A DNA stretch of 64,000 bases from positions 186,001 to 250,000 of IMG/VR virus record IMGVR_UViG_3300003322_000571; one strand, written 5' to 3'. Positions 55,112 to 64,000 of the stretch are shown here, in pieces; position 1 is the stretch's first letter; each line of letters opens with the position of its first letter. The notes beneath the pieces were generated by a model. It did no database searches, was not told the origin of the DNA, and saw nothing but the letters and a program-made list of their open reading frames with translations. The position numbers and the translations under genes were made by a program.

Positions 55112-56533
55112 TTAAGCGAAGTTGAAGTTCGAGACATTGATTTTGCCATAGTAGTCTGCGCTGTTACCGAGCGACGTTTCCGTAGCCGTGAACGCTGTCT
55201 TACCGTAGCGAGTCATCATCGATACAACTGGCTGGAACGTGACTGGGTTGATAACAACGCCAGAGCTCATCAGCGGGATGTATGGGCAGTAGAAGTAGCC
55301 CGTGTCAGTTTCGCCATTACCACCTTTGTAACCAACGAGGATAACGTCGTTAACTGCTGCACCGAGACCGGACACTTGGTTCCACAGGTAGCTGTAGACC
55401 TTGATCGTACCATTCAACGTACCAACCAACATTGTGTTGTTAGGACCCTTGAACGAACCTGCAACAGCTGGTGCGAACACCGACTTAGCAGCGGACTGGA
55501 GGATCGAGACAACCATTGGGCTGACAACGATGAAGTTACCTGGACCACGACGTGTCTTACGAGCAATTTCGTTACACACTGCGTTGATCACGATACCGAG
55601 GTTCGCGAAACGGTCACCGAGGTATGCTGGCTGGTACTGTGGGCCGAGGCCGATAGTAGCGTAGTCGTATGTACCGACCGTGCCTGCCAAAGCGAGCAAG
55701 TCAGACAAGATTTCGCTGTCAATTTCCTGAACGATTTCAGCCGAAACAACTTGGCTGAGTTCGCTCTCGAGGTCGAGACCGTGTTGGCTCTTCAAGTCTT
55801 GCATAGCTTCGACTGTCCAACCTGCTTGCAGCTTACGCGTGCCAGCTTCAACAGCCTGCGATACAACTTCGAGCTTAACCTTACGGCCGCCAGAACCTTC
55901 AATGAACGAACCAGAACCACCGTACAGACGACCGGAAACTTGTTGACCAAGACCGTTGCTGTATGGGCCGAAGTACGTTGTGTCATACGAAGGGAGGCTT
56001 GAAGGCCATGCACCACGCGATGCAGCGCCGTCGATGTCACCAACTGGGTTAGCAGCGATGCCAGATGCGCCTGGATCTTGTGCGAGCGGTGTGCCTACAA
56101 CCGTACCAGCTGCGCCAGAGTAGAACTGACGGAGAACTGGGTTGTTACCGAACATTTCGGCGTTAGCAGCGATCGTACCGTCCGAACCGTTAGCCGTCCA
56201 AGGGTTACCTGGAGTGCCAGCAGCTGGAACTTGAACGCCTTCACCGTACTTGTAGCGCATCGTGTAAACGAGGCCAACTGGACCTTGCATTGGCTGAACA
56301 CCAACGATTTCCGTTGCGATCGTACCAGGGATGATACGGCGGATCATTGGGATCAGGATCTTGCGGAAGCCAGCAACGTCGTGAGCAGCAACAGCGCCAG
56401 CAGCAGCTGTTTCAGACAAGATGTGCTGCTTTTGGTTTTCCAAAAGCGTACCAACGATTTGGCGCTTAGTTTGGTCGAGGTCGTCCAGGAGCGTTTCCTT
56501 GACTTCTGACCAATTTTCAAACAATTCGTTCAT
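55112..56533 (-). CDS. Major capsid protein (T4 gp23-like)
   Basis: LIPMIRRIIP, EIVGVQPMQGPVGL, AGTRKLQAGWTVEAMQDL, EIVQEIDSEI, FYCPYIPL and TFQP...MTRYG. Confidence 0.95.
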   Translation of the reverse strand: MNELFENWSEVKETLLDDLDQTKRQIVGTLLENQKQHILSETAAAGAVAAHDVAGFRKILIPMIRRIIPGTIATEIVGVQPMQGPVGLVYTMRYKYGEGVQVPAAGTPGNPWTANGSDGTIAANAEMFGNNPVLRQFYSGAAGTVVGTPLAQDPGASGIAANPVGDIDGAASRGAWPSSLPSYDTTYFGPYSNGLGQQVSGRLYGGSGSFIEGSGGRKVKLEVVSQAVEAGTRKLQAGWTVEAMQDLKSQHGLDLESELSQVVSAEIVQEIDSEILSDLLALAGTVGTYDYATIGLGPQYQPAYLGDRFANLGIVINAVCNEIARKTRRGPGNFIVVSPMVVSILQSAAKSVFAPAVAGSFKGPNNTMLVGTLNGTIKVYSYLWNQVSGLGAAVNDVILVGYKGGNGETDTGYFYCPYIPLMSSGVVINPVTFQPVVSMMTRYGKTAFTATETSLGNSADYYGKINVSNFNFA

Positions 56534-56559
56534 TATGAACTCCTTTAGAGATTAAAAAC

Positions 56560-57498
56560 TCAGTTACGGCGAATGCCACCGAGAGCCTTGAGGCGTTGAC
56601 GGAAATCCGTCGACAAACCTGTCTTAACATCCTCGGACTCGACAATCACCTTGTCCTCGGCAATAGCTTCTTTGTTGTCGCCAGTCTTGACGACACCGCT
56701 AGTTACTTCCTTCTTACCTTCAGCTAGTACTGTAGTTTCCTTCTCTGAGGCACCTTCCTTATTGGAGGTTTCTTTGATCACGCGACCAATGAATGTCTCG
56801 TAACCTTCTTCCAACTGGCTAGTTTCGTAGCGAGCCAGAATTGCTTCCATCACTTCTTTCGCGCGGCCTGAAAGAGGCGACAAAACTTTTTCCATCTTGA
56901 TCGAACGTTCGAACGATGCAGCCTTCTTTTCTGCTTCTTCGAGAGCGATCTGTGTATCTTCCAAACGCTGTTGAGCTTCGTTCAACTTAGCTTCGATCGA
57001 ATCGTCGCCAGCGTAGTGCTTCTTGAATTCTTCAACGAATGCTTCGAAAACACTCTTACCGAATTCTTGCTTCTTGATTTCTTGAACGTCAGTTTCAAAT
57101 TCTGCGAGTTCTTCGCTGAGACGTGTAGTCAAGAATGCATCGAGGCTTTCTACGAGTTCTTGAATACCTGTTTCCAACTGCGTTTGCATGTCAGCACGTG
57201 CTTCAACGAGCTTGACTGCGTATTCAGCTTCTACGTCGCGGAATTCAGCAACGCTTTCTGACCACTCTTGCTTTTCGTCTTCGAACAAGTCCGAAACCTT
57301 TGCGTCAAGTGCTTCAATCAAAGCATCACGTTCTTGTGCCCACGATTCGTGCAGTTCTGCTGTTACCGATGCGATCGCATCTGCCTTAGCGGATTCAACT
57401 GCTTCGCTGAGCTGCTTCTCGAGAGCTGTTTCGAGTTCGGCCTTCGTTTCCTCATTGAGGATGTTGGCTTCGAACAACTTCTTGAACAATTCATTCAT
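56560..57498 (-). CDS. Prohead core scaffold protein (gp22-like)
   Basis: Glu-rich coiled coil between the protease and MCP genes. Confidence 0.85.
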   Translation of the reverse strand: MNELFKKLFEANILNEETKAELETALEKQLSEAVESAKADAIASVTAELHESWAQERDALIEALDAKVSDLFEDEKQEWSESVAEFRDVEAEYAVKLVEARADMQTQLETGIQELVESLDAFLTTRLSEELAEFETDVQEIKKQEFGKSVFEAFVEEFKKHYAGDDSIEAKLNEAQQRLEDTQIALEEAEKKAASFERSIKMEKVLSPLSGRAKEVMEAILARYETSQLEEGYETFIGRVIKETSNKEGASEKETTVLAEGKKEVTSGVVKTGDNKEAIAEDKVIVESEDVKTGLSTDFRQRLKALGGIRRN

Positions 57499-57585
57499 TG
57501 TGAATCTCCCTTACAAGTTCAACTTGTGTGAATTTATTTATGGTTCCGCCCTGCGGGCATTTCAAAATTTCCTGCGGAGCATAAA

Positions 57586-57609
57586 AAACCCGCATGAATA
57601 CGCGGGTTT
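57586..57609. terminator. Hairpin after the protease gene
   Basis: AAACCCGC-atgaatac-GCGGGTTT with a T tract on the minus strand. Confidence 0.6.
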
Positions 57610-57638
57610 AATAGGCACCTAAAATTTTGGAATTTCAG

Positions 57639-58277
57639 TTATGCTTTACGGGCAAACAGGCCTTCTGACAGATATTTCAGGAATTCCTTCTTGAAATATT
57701 TCTGTGCATCAGCATCGTGTTGCATTTGCTCAGCTAGTGTCAGAACGCGCTTACCGAGCTTTGAATCGAGAGATTCATACATCATGCCTGGATATGCATT
57801 TGGGGCGCTTGGTGTAATAACAATGTCGTAAGTAATGAACTGGAATCCCTGAACATCACCGCTTTCATTGACATTACCTGCACCGCGGCTCGATACCCCA
57901 ATCTTGACGCCACTCTTAACTAGTTCCTGAGCGATCAAGCCCATAGGAGTATTCAAAAGCTTTGCCTTGCCGTATGCGTCATTTCCGTGCATCCACATTT
58001 CTGTAATGACGTGACTAATACGGTCGCTGTTAATAGTCAGCGACTGTGGGTGGTCGAGCTCACCAAAGATACCGTTGCATTCTTTGATGCGCTGTTTAGC
58101 GTTTTCGACTGCTGCCGAAATTTCTGAGATTGGGTAATTGCGACCGTTGCGGTTTTTGATCGAGCTCTGCATGCAGATACCGTTCAACCACATCGATTTA
58201 CCGTCAGAAGAAGACTCGTTAATCACACGAGCTTCCAACGGTTGCAATTCCTCAACGAGAAGGATTGGTGATGTCAT
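57639..58277 (-). CDS. Prohead protease (gp21-like)
   Basis: NRNGRNYP, GELDHP (catalytic His), KAKLLNTPMG, GVSSRGAG (catalytic Ser) and DIVITPSAPNA. Confidence 0.95.
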   Translation of the reverse strand: MTSPILLVEELQPLEARVINESSSDGKSMWLNGICMQSSIKNRNGRNYPISEISAAVENAKQRIKECNGIFGELDHPQSLTINSDRISHVITEMWMHGNDAYGKAKLLNTPMGLIAQELVKSGVKIGVSSRGAGNVNESGDVQGFQFITYDIVITPSAPNAYPGMMYESLDSKLGKRVLTLAEQMQHDADAQKYFKKEFLKYLSEGLFARKA

Positions 58278-58300
58278 AAGAACTCCTTAAGAAGTGCGAA

Positions 58301-58597
58301 TTACATTTCGCAGTCTTCTTCGTCCTTCTTTTGATCCTTTTTGGCCTTCTTCACATCCTTTTCGACTTTGTCAAGGTCTTTGTCGACTTTCTTATCGTCT
58401 TCATCGTCCTTGTCGTCGTCTTCTTTCTTGTCTTCCTTCTTATCGTCCTTGTCTTCTTCGTCAGCTTCCTCACCAAGGAGGATACCGCGAGTCTTGTCAC
58501 GGAGATATTCATGGAAAGCAGTCTTAGCAGCAGCATCGTCCTTATTGATAACTGCTTCGATAACAGCCGTCAGCTGTTGCTTCATTTTCTCGTTCAT
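58301..58597 (-). CDS. Prohead core protein (gp67/gp68-like), highly charged
   Basis: Between portal and protease; Asp/Glu/Lys low-complexity tail. Confidence 0.65.
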   Translation of the reverse strand: MNEKMKQQLTAVIEAVINKDDAAAKTAFHEYLRDKTRGILLGEEADEEDKDDKKEDKKEDDDKDDEDDKKVDKDLDKVEKDVKKAKKDQKKDEEDCEM

Positions 58598-58682
58598 AGT
58601 GGCTCCAAATTTGAAGTTAGGTGTGTTTCGTTGGAGAAACCTCGGGTGTATTTATCAATAAGGGGTTCAGTGATCCATTAGA

Positions 58683-60362
58683 TCACTGTGTTTGAGGTGG
58701 ATTACCGCTATTTGCGGCGGGCTGCGCGCCGCCTGCATTTTGTGTATTTCCACCTCCACCCGCCATTTCATCGCCTACAGGACCGCCGAAATCGTCGCCT
58801 AGACCTTGTGGTCCACCTAGGGTTCCAGCCATCATTCCGCTTCCTTCCATACCACCCATTCCGCCTTCTTCAGGTGGTGGACCGTATACAGCGAGCATCA
58901 GTTCCTTAGGATCGCTATCGGGATCCAATCCAAGTTCTTCAACACGCATACGGAAGTTGATCAGAATTTCTTCTTCAGTCCAACCGAGGTATTTGCTCAG
59001 ACCCATACGCTTAGACATGTGAGCAATCTGGTCAGCTTGTGAATATGTAGACAACAAATCGTTGTTCAATTGCTGTTCGCGGTAGATACCGAAGTTTTCT
59101 GGTTCAACCAACTTAATACGGAAAATCGTTGGGTCAATGTTGATACCAGCAGCACGAAGATAACGCTTGAATTCACGGTCAACTACTCGGTCAATGTATC
59201 CCTGGAGACGTTTGACATACATCGCGAAACGCAATTCCATAATGTACGCAACGCCTGTCTTACCGTCGTTAACGATTGCGTTATCTTGACCTTCACGCAT
59301 GTACGACAAAGGAATACGCAAGCCACGGAACACCTTCCACTGGAAGTATTCCAAGTCAGCAAGTTCACCGAGTCCTGCACCACCTGGCAATGTTTCAACC
59401 TTCGAACCACGACCATCCGGACGTTGTGCAAAGAAGAAGTCTTCACTCATTTGCTGCGGGTTGTATACGGAGTCAACTTGCTCAACACCGCCGCCGTACG
59501 TAGGGATCTTTTTCTGACGAATTTCGTTCTTGATCTGCTCAAGGTATGATTTAACACGCTGTGGTGGCATCTTGCCTACGTCAATGTAGAATACACGACG
59601 TTCAGGTGCACGCTGAATACGGTAAATGATGACAGCGTCTTCTAGCAGTTCTTTTTGCTTCTGAGCACGGTAAACGGCGCGGAGAATTGATTCGCCAAAC
59701 GGAGCAGACTCACTGATATCGTCGTTCAGTGTGAACCACACAACGTCATCAGCTGGGAACGTATCAATCAACTCGTTTGAGTTGTTGCCGTAGTGACCAG
59801 TTTGAGAATTGACAGGAGAGTTGGGCGCTTTCGTTTCACGCTTAATTTGCCAGCCGATAACATGCGTCATATCACGTTCATCGACAACAGCTGCGACAAC
59901 GTTCTTCGGATGAACGTATTCCCAACGTGCTGTGTCTTTGTGTCGGATGAAGAAGCAGTCACCGTACTTGATCGTTACACGCGATACTTTGAATAGACGA
60001 GTATCCCAGTCGTGCAGCTTGTTCCAGTAGCGGAGAGTTGCACGAAGCGTTTCTACTACAGACGTGGGGATGTTACGGTCCTTCTCACCTTCAATGACGA
60101 GTTCGAGTGGCATATCGGAGTTAGGATCCGAGCCGACCATTTCTTCTGCAATTGTGTCGAGGGAACGTGCGACTTCTACGTCATTGTCCATCAGGTCGTA
60201 TTCGCGGTAACGCGTAATACGCGACGCAGATCCCTGTACGAGACGTTGATACCAAGTGTAATTCGCATACGATCCCTGATCACCAATATTTTGGTTGTCT
60301 GTCATGGTAGTAACGCCCGGACGAGGGGTTACTACCTTGAAGTAATCAGTGAATTTTGCCAT
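58683..60362 (-). CDS. Portal protein (T4 gp20-like)
   Basis: LLEDAVIIYRIQRAPERRVFYIDVGKMP, EDFFFAQR..GRGSKVETLPGG and LEYFQWKVFRGLRIP.S. Confidence 0.95.
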   Translation of the reverse strand: MAKFTDYFKVVTPRPGVTTMTDNQNIGDQGSYANYTWYQRLVQGSASRITRYREYDLMDNDVEVARSLDTIAEEMVGSDPNSDMPLELVIEGEKDRNIPTSVVETLRATLRYWNKLHDWDTRLFKVSRVTIKYGDCFFIRHKDTARWEYVHPKNVVAAVVDERDMTHVIGWQIKRETKAPNSPVNSQTGHYGNNSNELIDTFPADDVVWFTLNDDISESAPFGESILRAVYRAQKQKELLEDAVIIYRIQRAPERRVFYIDVGKMPPQRVKSYLEQIKNEIRQKKIPTYGGGVEQVDSVYNPQQMSEDFFFAQRPDGRGSKVETLPGGAGLGELADLEYFQWKVFRGLRIPLSYMREGQDNAIVNDGKTGVAYIMELRFAMYVKRLQGYIDRVVDREFKRYLRAAGINIDPTIFRIKLVEPENFGIYREQQLNNDLLSTYSQADQIAHMSKRMGLSKYLGWTEEEILINFRMRVEELGLDPDSDPKELMLAVYGPPPEEGGMGGMEGSGMMAGTLGGPQGLGDDFGGPVGDEMAGGGGNTQNAGGAQPAANSGNPPQTQ

Positions 60363-60429
60363 GCTTTGCTTCCTAAACGTGGATTGAGGCTATCTACGTA
60401 TTTATGAAGCGGTTTTCGCGGCAGTCAAA

Positions 60430-62733
60430 TCAGCCGATATATTGATATTTTGAACTAAATTTAGTATCTGCGCGAAGTGGTTGGGTCTTCGTTTGATCGC
60501 TCTTTTCACGATCAGTCAAAGTAGAAGCTGCAAGTGTCTTCTTTTGCAAATCAATTAGTTCGCGATTCTGACTAATCATCGTCGACAAATAATCGTTCGA
60601 CTGATCAAGCTGTTTAACTTGCTGAGCAATTCCGCTAGCAGTAGCAGTTGTCGCTGATTCGATCACGACATTTGACTCAATCATCGCTTTTGTCTGATCC
60701 TTGACAGCCTTAGTAACAGATGTTGTCGGCAAATTAACAGGTGCAGTAGACGCTGGGCTTGCACCTGCAGGACTATCAGGATCAAACTGACTGCCTACGG
60801 CTTTACCAGCTTTACCACCGAGGTACGATCCGCCAATACCGCCGCCAAGTCCGCCTAGCAAACCACCGAGAACCGTACCAATCCCCGGCAAGATAGCCGT
60901 ACCGAGTGCTGCACCAGCAAGTGCACCACCCCATCCGCCTGCAATACCACCACCTGCAGAGCCGACTCCCTTACCAATCGACGCTCCAGCTTTGCCTGTT
61001 TGCTGATACTCGTCATATCCTTCGTACGCACCGTAGGCGAGCGATGCAGCAGGACCTAGGATCTTTCCAGCTGTACCGAGAGTACGGCCAAGACCACTCG
61101 CGGCTTTACCAGCCGCGGCCCCCTCACCAGCGACTGCACCGCCAATTCCAAGCTTTCCACCGAGCTTGCCAATGTTGCCGACCATGCCACGAGCAGCAAT
61201 CACGGCAACCATTGCGGCAATCCCCGATAGCACGACTCCAGACCAATGTTGTCCAGAAGCGATCAGCTTAGCTTGTTCCCAGATACCTGCAGTAGCAAGT
61301 GCTGTTTTAGCGAGTGGATCCTTCGTGGCATCAATGAATTGCTTCGAAAGATCAGCATTAGCACTCTTCAACGTATCACCAAGCGTTGTTGAGAAGTTGC
61401 TATTCTTGCCGTAATACTGTTCTAGATCCAGCTTGTCAAGAAGCGTTGTGGCAAAAATCTCCGTACCTAGACCTTGACCTGCTGCTTGGTCCATTGCATT
61501 AGCAGCACGTTGGCTGAACTCTTGCAACATGCGGGTTTGCTCAGGCGTTGCTCGCTTACCAGCAGTAATTGCCTGCGCAGCTTCCTCACCACCAGCAATA
61601 CCCATTGCTCCCGACAATGCTCGAACGCGAGCTGCTTGACGGAGACGATCAAGAGGTTTTGCAGCAACCATCTTGTTCAACATCTTTGCAGCTTCGCGCG
61701 CTTGCTCAGCAGACATTCCTGCTGCAATAGACTGTTGAATCAACGCACGTTGGCTGCGAAGGATTGCTTCACGTTCTTCCTTACGCGCTGAACGAAGCAT
61801 GTCAATCGATTCAGCGTCACCGGCAACATCGTTATACAGTTGATGCGCTTGTTCGACAGAAAGTCCTGTTTGACGACGAAGCGCTACGAGATCGTTCTGG
61901 TATTGTTCCATACCGATCATCGTTGGGCGAATGCCCTTTGTAGCAAAGTCGTTAGCTGTCTGAGTGGCGAGTTTGAGGCCTTCCTCGAACGAGCCAGTCA
62001 TGATCGTGAAGCGATCAACAGAATTTGTCAGCTGCTTAAGCCCTTCAGACGTGCCGCCCATAGCATTAAACATCTGACGAGCACCGTTTGTGATGTTCGC
62101 AAATGTCGTTGCATCAAGCTTAAACTTGAGAGCTTCGTTCTGCTGAGCAGCCATTGCATCAATCAAGTTCCCGGTACCTTCTACAAGACCACCGTTCGCT
62201 TTATTTTGCGATAGAACTTGCTTGCCTGCTGTCGTTACGGCAGAGCCGAACCATGAAACGGCAAGGCTAGCCCAGTCAACATTCTTAACGAGGCCACTGA
62301 ATGATTTGTTAACAGCGGTCGTTGCTGATTGCAGCCTCTGCGAAGCAGTGCGGTGTCTGTCAGCAGCATTAGTGACAGTACGGCCAAGACGCTCTAGTTC
62401 ATCTGTAGGAGCGTTGTTTGCAATTGCAGCAGCTTGATCACGGTGAGCCTTTTCAAGAGCATGTGCCGCTTCAATCTCAGCCTTCTTTGCCTTGATTGCT
62501 TCTTGGACAAGCTTTTCTTGCTGTTCGTTCAGTTTCCTACCAGCGCGCAATTGCTTCGAGAACTCAGCAAGGTCGTTTGTTGCGTCTTCACGCGCCCGAC
62601 GTTGTGCTTCTTGTGCTCGAGCAATATTCGATTGACTTGCCAACAAACGTTCAATACCTTGAGTCAACAACTGCAGTTGTTGCGCGGTTGCTTGAAGCTG
62701 TTGATTAAGTACTGTGGTGTTGACGTCTGCCAT
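60430..62733 (-). CDS. Tape-measure-like protein (767 aa)
   Basis: Long Ala/Gln-rich helical protein with C-terminal Gly-zipper hydrophobic segments; adjacent to the gp26-like gene. Confidence 0.65.
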   Translation of the reverse strand: MADVNTTVLNQQLQATAQQLQLLTQGIERLLASQSNIARAQEAQRRAREDATNDLAEFSKQLRAGRKLNEQQEKLVQEAIKAKKAEIEAAHALEKAHRDQAAAIANNAPTDELERLGRTVTNAADRHRTASQRLQSATTAVNKSFSGLVKNVDWASLAVSWFGSAVTTAGKQVLSQNKANGGLVEGTGNLIDAMAAQQNEALKFKLDATTFANITNGARQMFNAMGGTSEGLKQLTNSVDRFTIMTGSFEEGLKLATQTANDFATKGIRPTMIGMEQYQNDLVALRRQTGLSVEQAHQLYNDVAGDAESIDMLRSARKEEREAILRSQRALIQQSIAAGMSAEQAREAAKMLNKMVAAKPLDRLRQAARVRALSGAMGIAGGEEAAQAITAGKRATPEQTRMLQEFSQRAANAMDQAAGQGLGTEIFATTLLDKLDLEQYYGKNSNFSTTLGDTLKSANADLSKQFIDATKDPLAKTALATAGIWEQAKLIASGQHWSGVVLSGIAAMVAVIAARGMVGNIGKLGGKLGIGGAVAGEGAAAGKAASGLGRTLGTAGKILGPAASLAYGAYEGYDEYQQTGKAGASIGKGVGSAGGGIAGGWGGALAGAALGTAILPGIGTVLGGLLGGLGGGIGGSYLGGKAGKAVGSQFDPDSPAGASPASTAPVNLPTTSVTKAVKDQTKAMIESNVVIESATTATASGIAQQVKQLDQSNDYLSTMISQNRELIDLQKKTLAASTLTDREKSDQTKTQPLRADTKFSSKYQYIG

Positions 62734-62752
62734 GGAAACCCCTTTTATCCAG

Positions 62753-62784
62753 GTATTTAGACGAAGGAACCGTTGGCTAAATAC
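62753..62784. promoter_or_regulatory. Divergent late promoter pair (TAAATA), 8-bp inverted repeat
   Basis: GTATTTAG (62753-62760) and CTAAATAC (62777-62784) upstream of divergent starts 62733(-) and 62806(+). Confidence 0.65.
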
Positions 62785-62805
62785 GCAGTACTAAAAGGAG
62801 TCTAT

Positions 62806-63612
62806 ATGACAGAAACAACAAACCCACTGTTGAAACGTTTGCGCATTCCCGGTGCAACATTTAGATTGCCGTCTCAGGGAATCCTGTATACAAACGGTGA
62901 ACTAGATCAGTCGGTTAAGAATGGTGAGGTTGAAGTAAATCCGTTGACGGCAATTGATGAAATTGCTCTCAGCTCGTCCGATAAACTAATTTCCGGTAAG
63001 GCTGTTACGGAAGTAATCTCACGTTGTATTCCTCAGGTTTTGAAGCCAGAACTACTGCTCAATACCGACGTTGAATTCTTGCTTGTTGCACTTCGCATTG
63101 TTACATTTGGCGATGTGATTGAAGTGCAGTACCAACATACATGCGATGGTGCAAAGGAACATACGTACAAGGTTAACTTGCAAGCCATGTCGGCACGTGC
63201 TCGTCCTCTTGATCCGACTGCGATCACAAAGGAATACACGATCACATTGCCTAATGAACAAGTCGTTGTTCTTCGCCCGCTGATCTTCTCTGATGTAATT
63301 GCACTTGTTCAGTCACATGCAGAACTCAGCGGTAAGGAACGGAACGAGATCCCAGTAGATCAGGAAGAGCTGATGCAATTTGCTAACAAGTCGATTGCAG
63401 CTATTGTGATGTCAGTTGATGGAATCACAAACCAGGAGCAGATTCGTGAATGGGTTTCCGCATTGCCACTGGGCTATAAGAGGCAAATTGAGCAAACTGC
63501 TCATGCGGTAACAAGGTGGGGTGTAGATACGACGAGTAAGCAGGTATGTGCTGATTGCAAAGCGAAAATCGATGTCCCAGTGATTGTCAATCCAGTAAGT
63601 TTTTTTACCTAA
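62806..63612 (+). CDS. Baseplate hub assembly protein (T4 gp26-like)
   Basis: LPSQG..Y...VEVNPLTAIDEI...DVEFLLVALRI.TFG, CxHxC and terminal CADC; start at 62806 after AAGGAG. Confidence 0.75.
   Translation: MTETTNPLLKRLRIPGATFRLPSQGILYTNGELDQSVKNGEVEVNPLTAIDEIALSSSDKLISGKAVTEVISRCIPQVLKPELLLNTDVEFLLVALRIVTFGDVIEVQYQHTCDGAKEHTYKVNLQAMSARARPLDPTAITKEYTITLPNEQVVVLRPLIFSDVIALVQSHAELSGKERNEIPVDQEELMQFANKSIAAIVMSVDGITNQEQIREWVSALPLGYKRQIEQTAHAVTRWGVDTTSKQVCADCKAKIDVPVIVNPVSFFT
63600..63606 (+). promoter_or_regulatory. Candidate -1 ribosomal frameshift heptamer T TTT TTT
   Basis: agT TTT TTT ACC TAA, in phase at the end of the gp26-like ORF; the -1 frame stays open to 63839. Confidence 0.6.
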
Positions 63613-63839
63613 CACTTAGGTCAGGCGATCTGGATAACATCCGAAAGATGTTCGCCAGCTTGAAACAAGACATCGACAATCTGATACTCAATATTACTGA
63701 GCTGACGTACTTCATGCGAGGTGCGATTCAATACGACGACATGTTTGACATGTGTTTCCTAGAGCGGCAGAAGGTGAGTGAATTCATCGAAAAACGCCTG
63801 GAAGTAGAGAAGAAGAAACCACCATCGCAGCAATATTGA
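63600..63839 (+). CDS. gp51-like baseplate assembly domain, probably expressed as a frameshift extension of the upstream ORF (or from ATG 63648)
   Basis: -1 frame reads FYLTLRSGDLDNIRKMFASLKQDIDNLILNITELTYFMRGAIQYDDMFDMCFLERQKVSEFIEKRLE, resembling gp51/chaperone C-terminal helices. Confidence 0.6.
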   Translation, partial: FFYLTLRSGDLDNIRKMFASLKQDIDNLILNITELTYFMRGAIQYDDMFDMCFLERQKVSEFIEKRLEVEKKKPPSQQY

Positions 63840-63886
63840 GCTGAACTAAGTGATCTAGTCCTGCATGCCGGCATTATCAGCTTCGC

Positions 63887-63924
63887 AGAACTCGTAGGAG
63901 CGCTTCGCTTATCCTACGAGTTCT
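63887..63924. other. 13-bp perfect inverted repeat (hairpin)
   Basis: AGAACTCGTAGGA-12 nt-TCCTACGAGTTCT downstream of the last ORF. Confidence 0.6.
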
Positions 63925-64000
63925 CGTTTCGTTTGAAGTACCTAGCGGAAATAAACGGGAAGCAATCACAATCCCTCCCCCGCATTTTCGTAGCTGACTG

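Noticed and set aside
1-64000. tRNA or rRNA genes
   Set aside because: Intergenic gaps are short, and I found no T-loop (GTTCRA) plus acceptor-stem cloverleaf by eye. A tRNAscan-SE run would be needed to exclude them formally.

Overview
This window comes from a large, lytic, T4-like contractile-tailed (jumbo-type) phage genome, and most genes lie on the minus strand. The virion module is nearly complete: portal, core, protease, scaffold and major capsid; tape-measure-like protein; gp26/gp51-like pair; neck gp13/gp14; gp15; sheath; tube; gp4; TerS/TerL with a homing endonuclease beside them; and more than ten fibre or decoration genes. A replication/recombination block encodes an SSB, UvsX, UvsY, UvsW, two clamp-loader subunits and a co-chaperonin. 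Accessory genes include FolE2, a P-loop kinase, a TrpF-like barrel, Fe-SOD, a macrodomain, a MazG fusion, a Pol-beta nucleotidyltransferase and an HD-kinase fusion. The most notable observations are: (1) a miniature DnaE (Pol III alpha) catalytic core split into two genes about 11 kb apart, broken just before the DIDID motif; (2) a probable programmed -1 frameshift at T TTT TTT fusing the gp26-like and gp51-like ORFs next to the tape-measure gene; (3) a tandem double-domain GroES; (4) a possible catalytically dead stand-alone Hint-fold protein; (5) a window-wide TAAATA late-promoter regulon plus RBS-sequestering hairpins. All family assignments come from recognising motifs by eye; no database search was run. 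I saw no tRNA, rRNA or CRISPR array.
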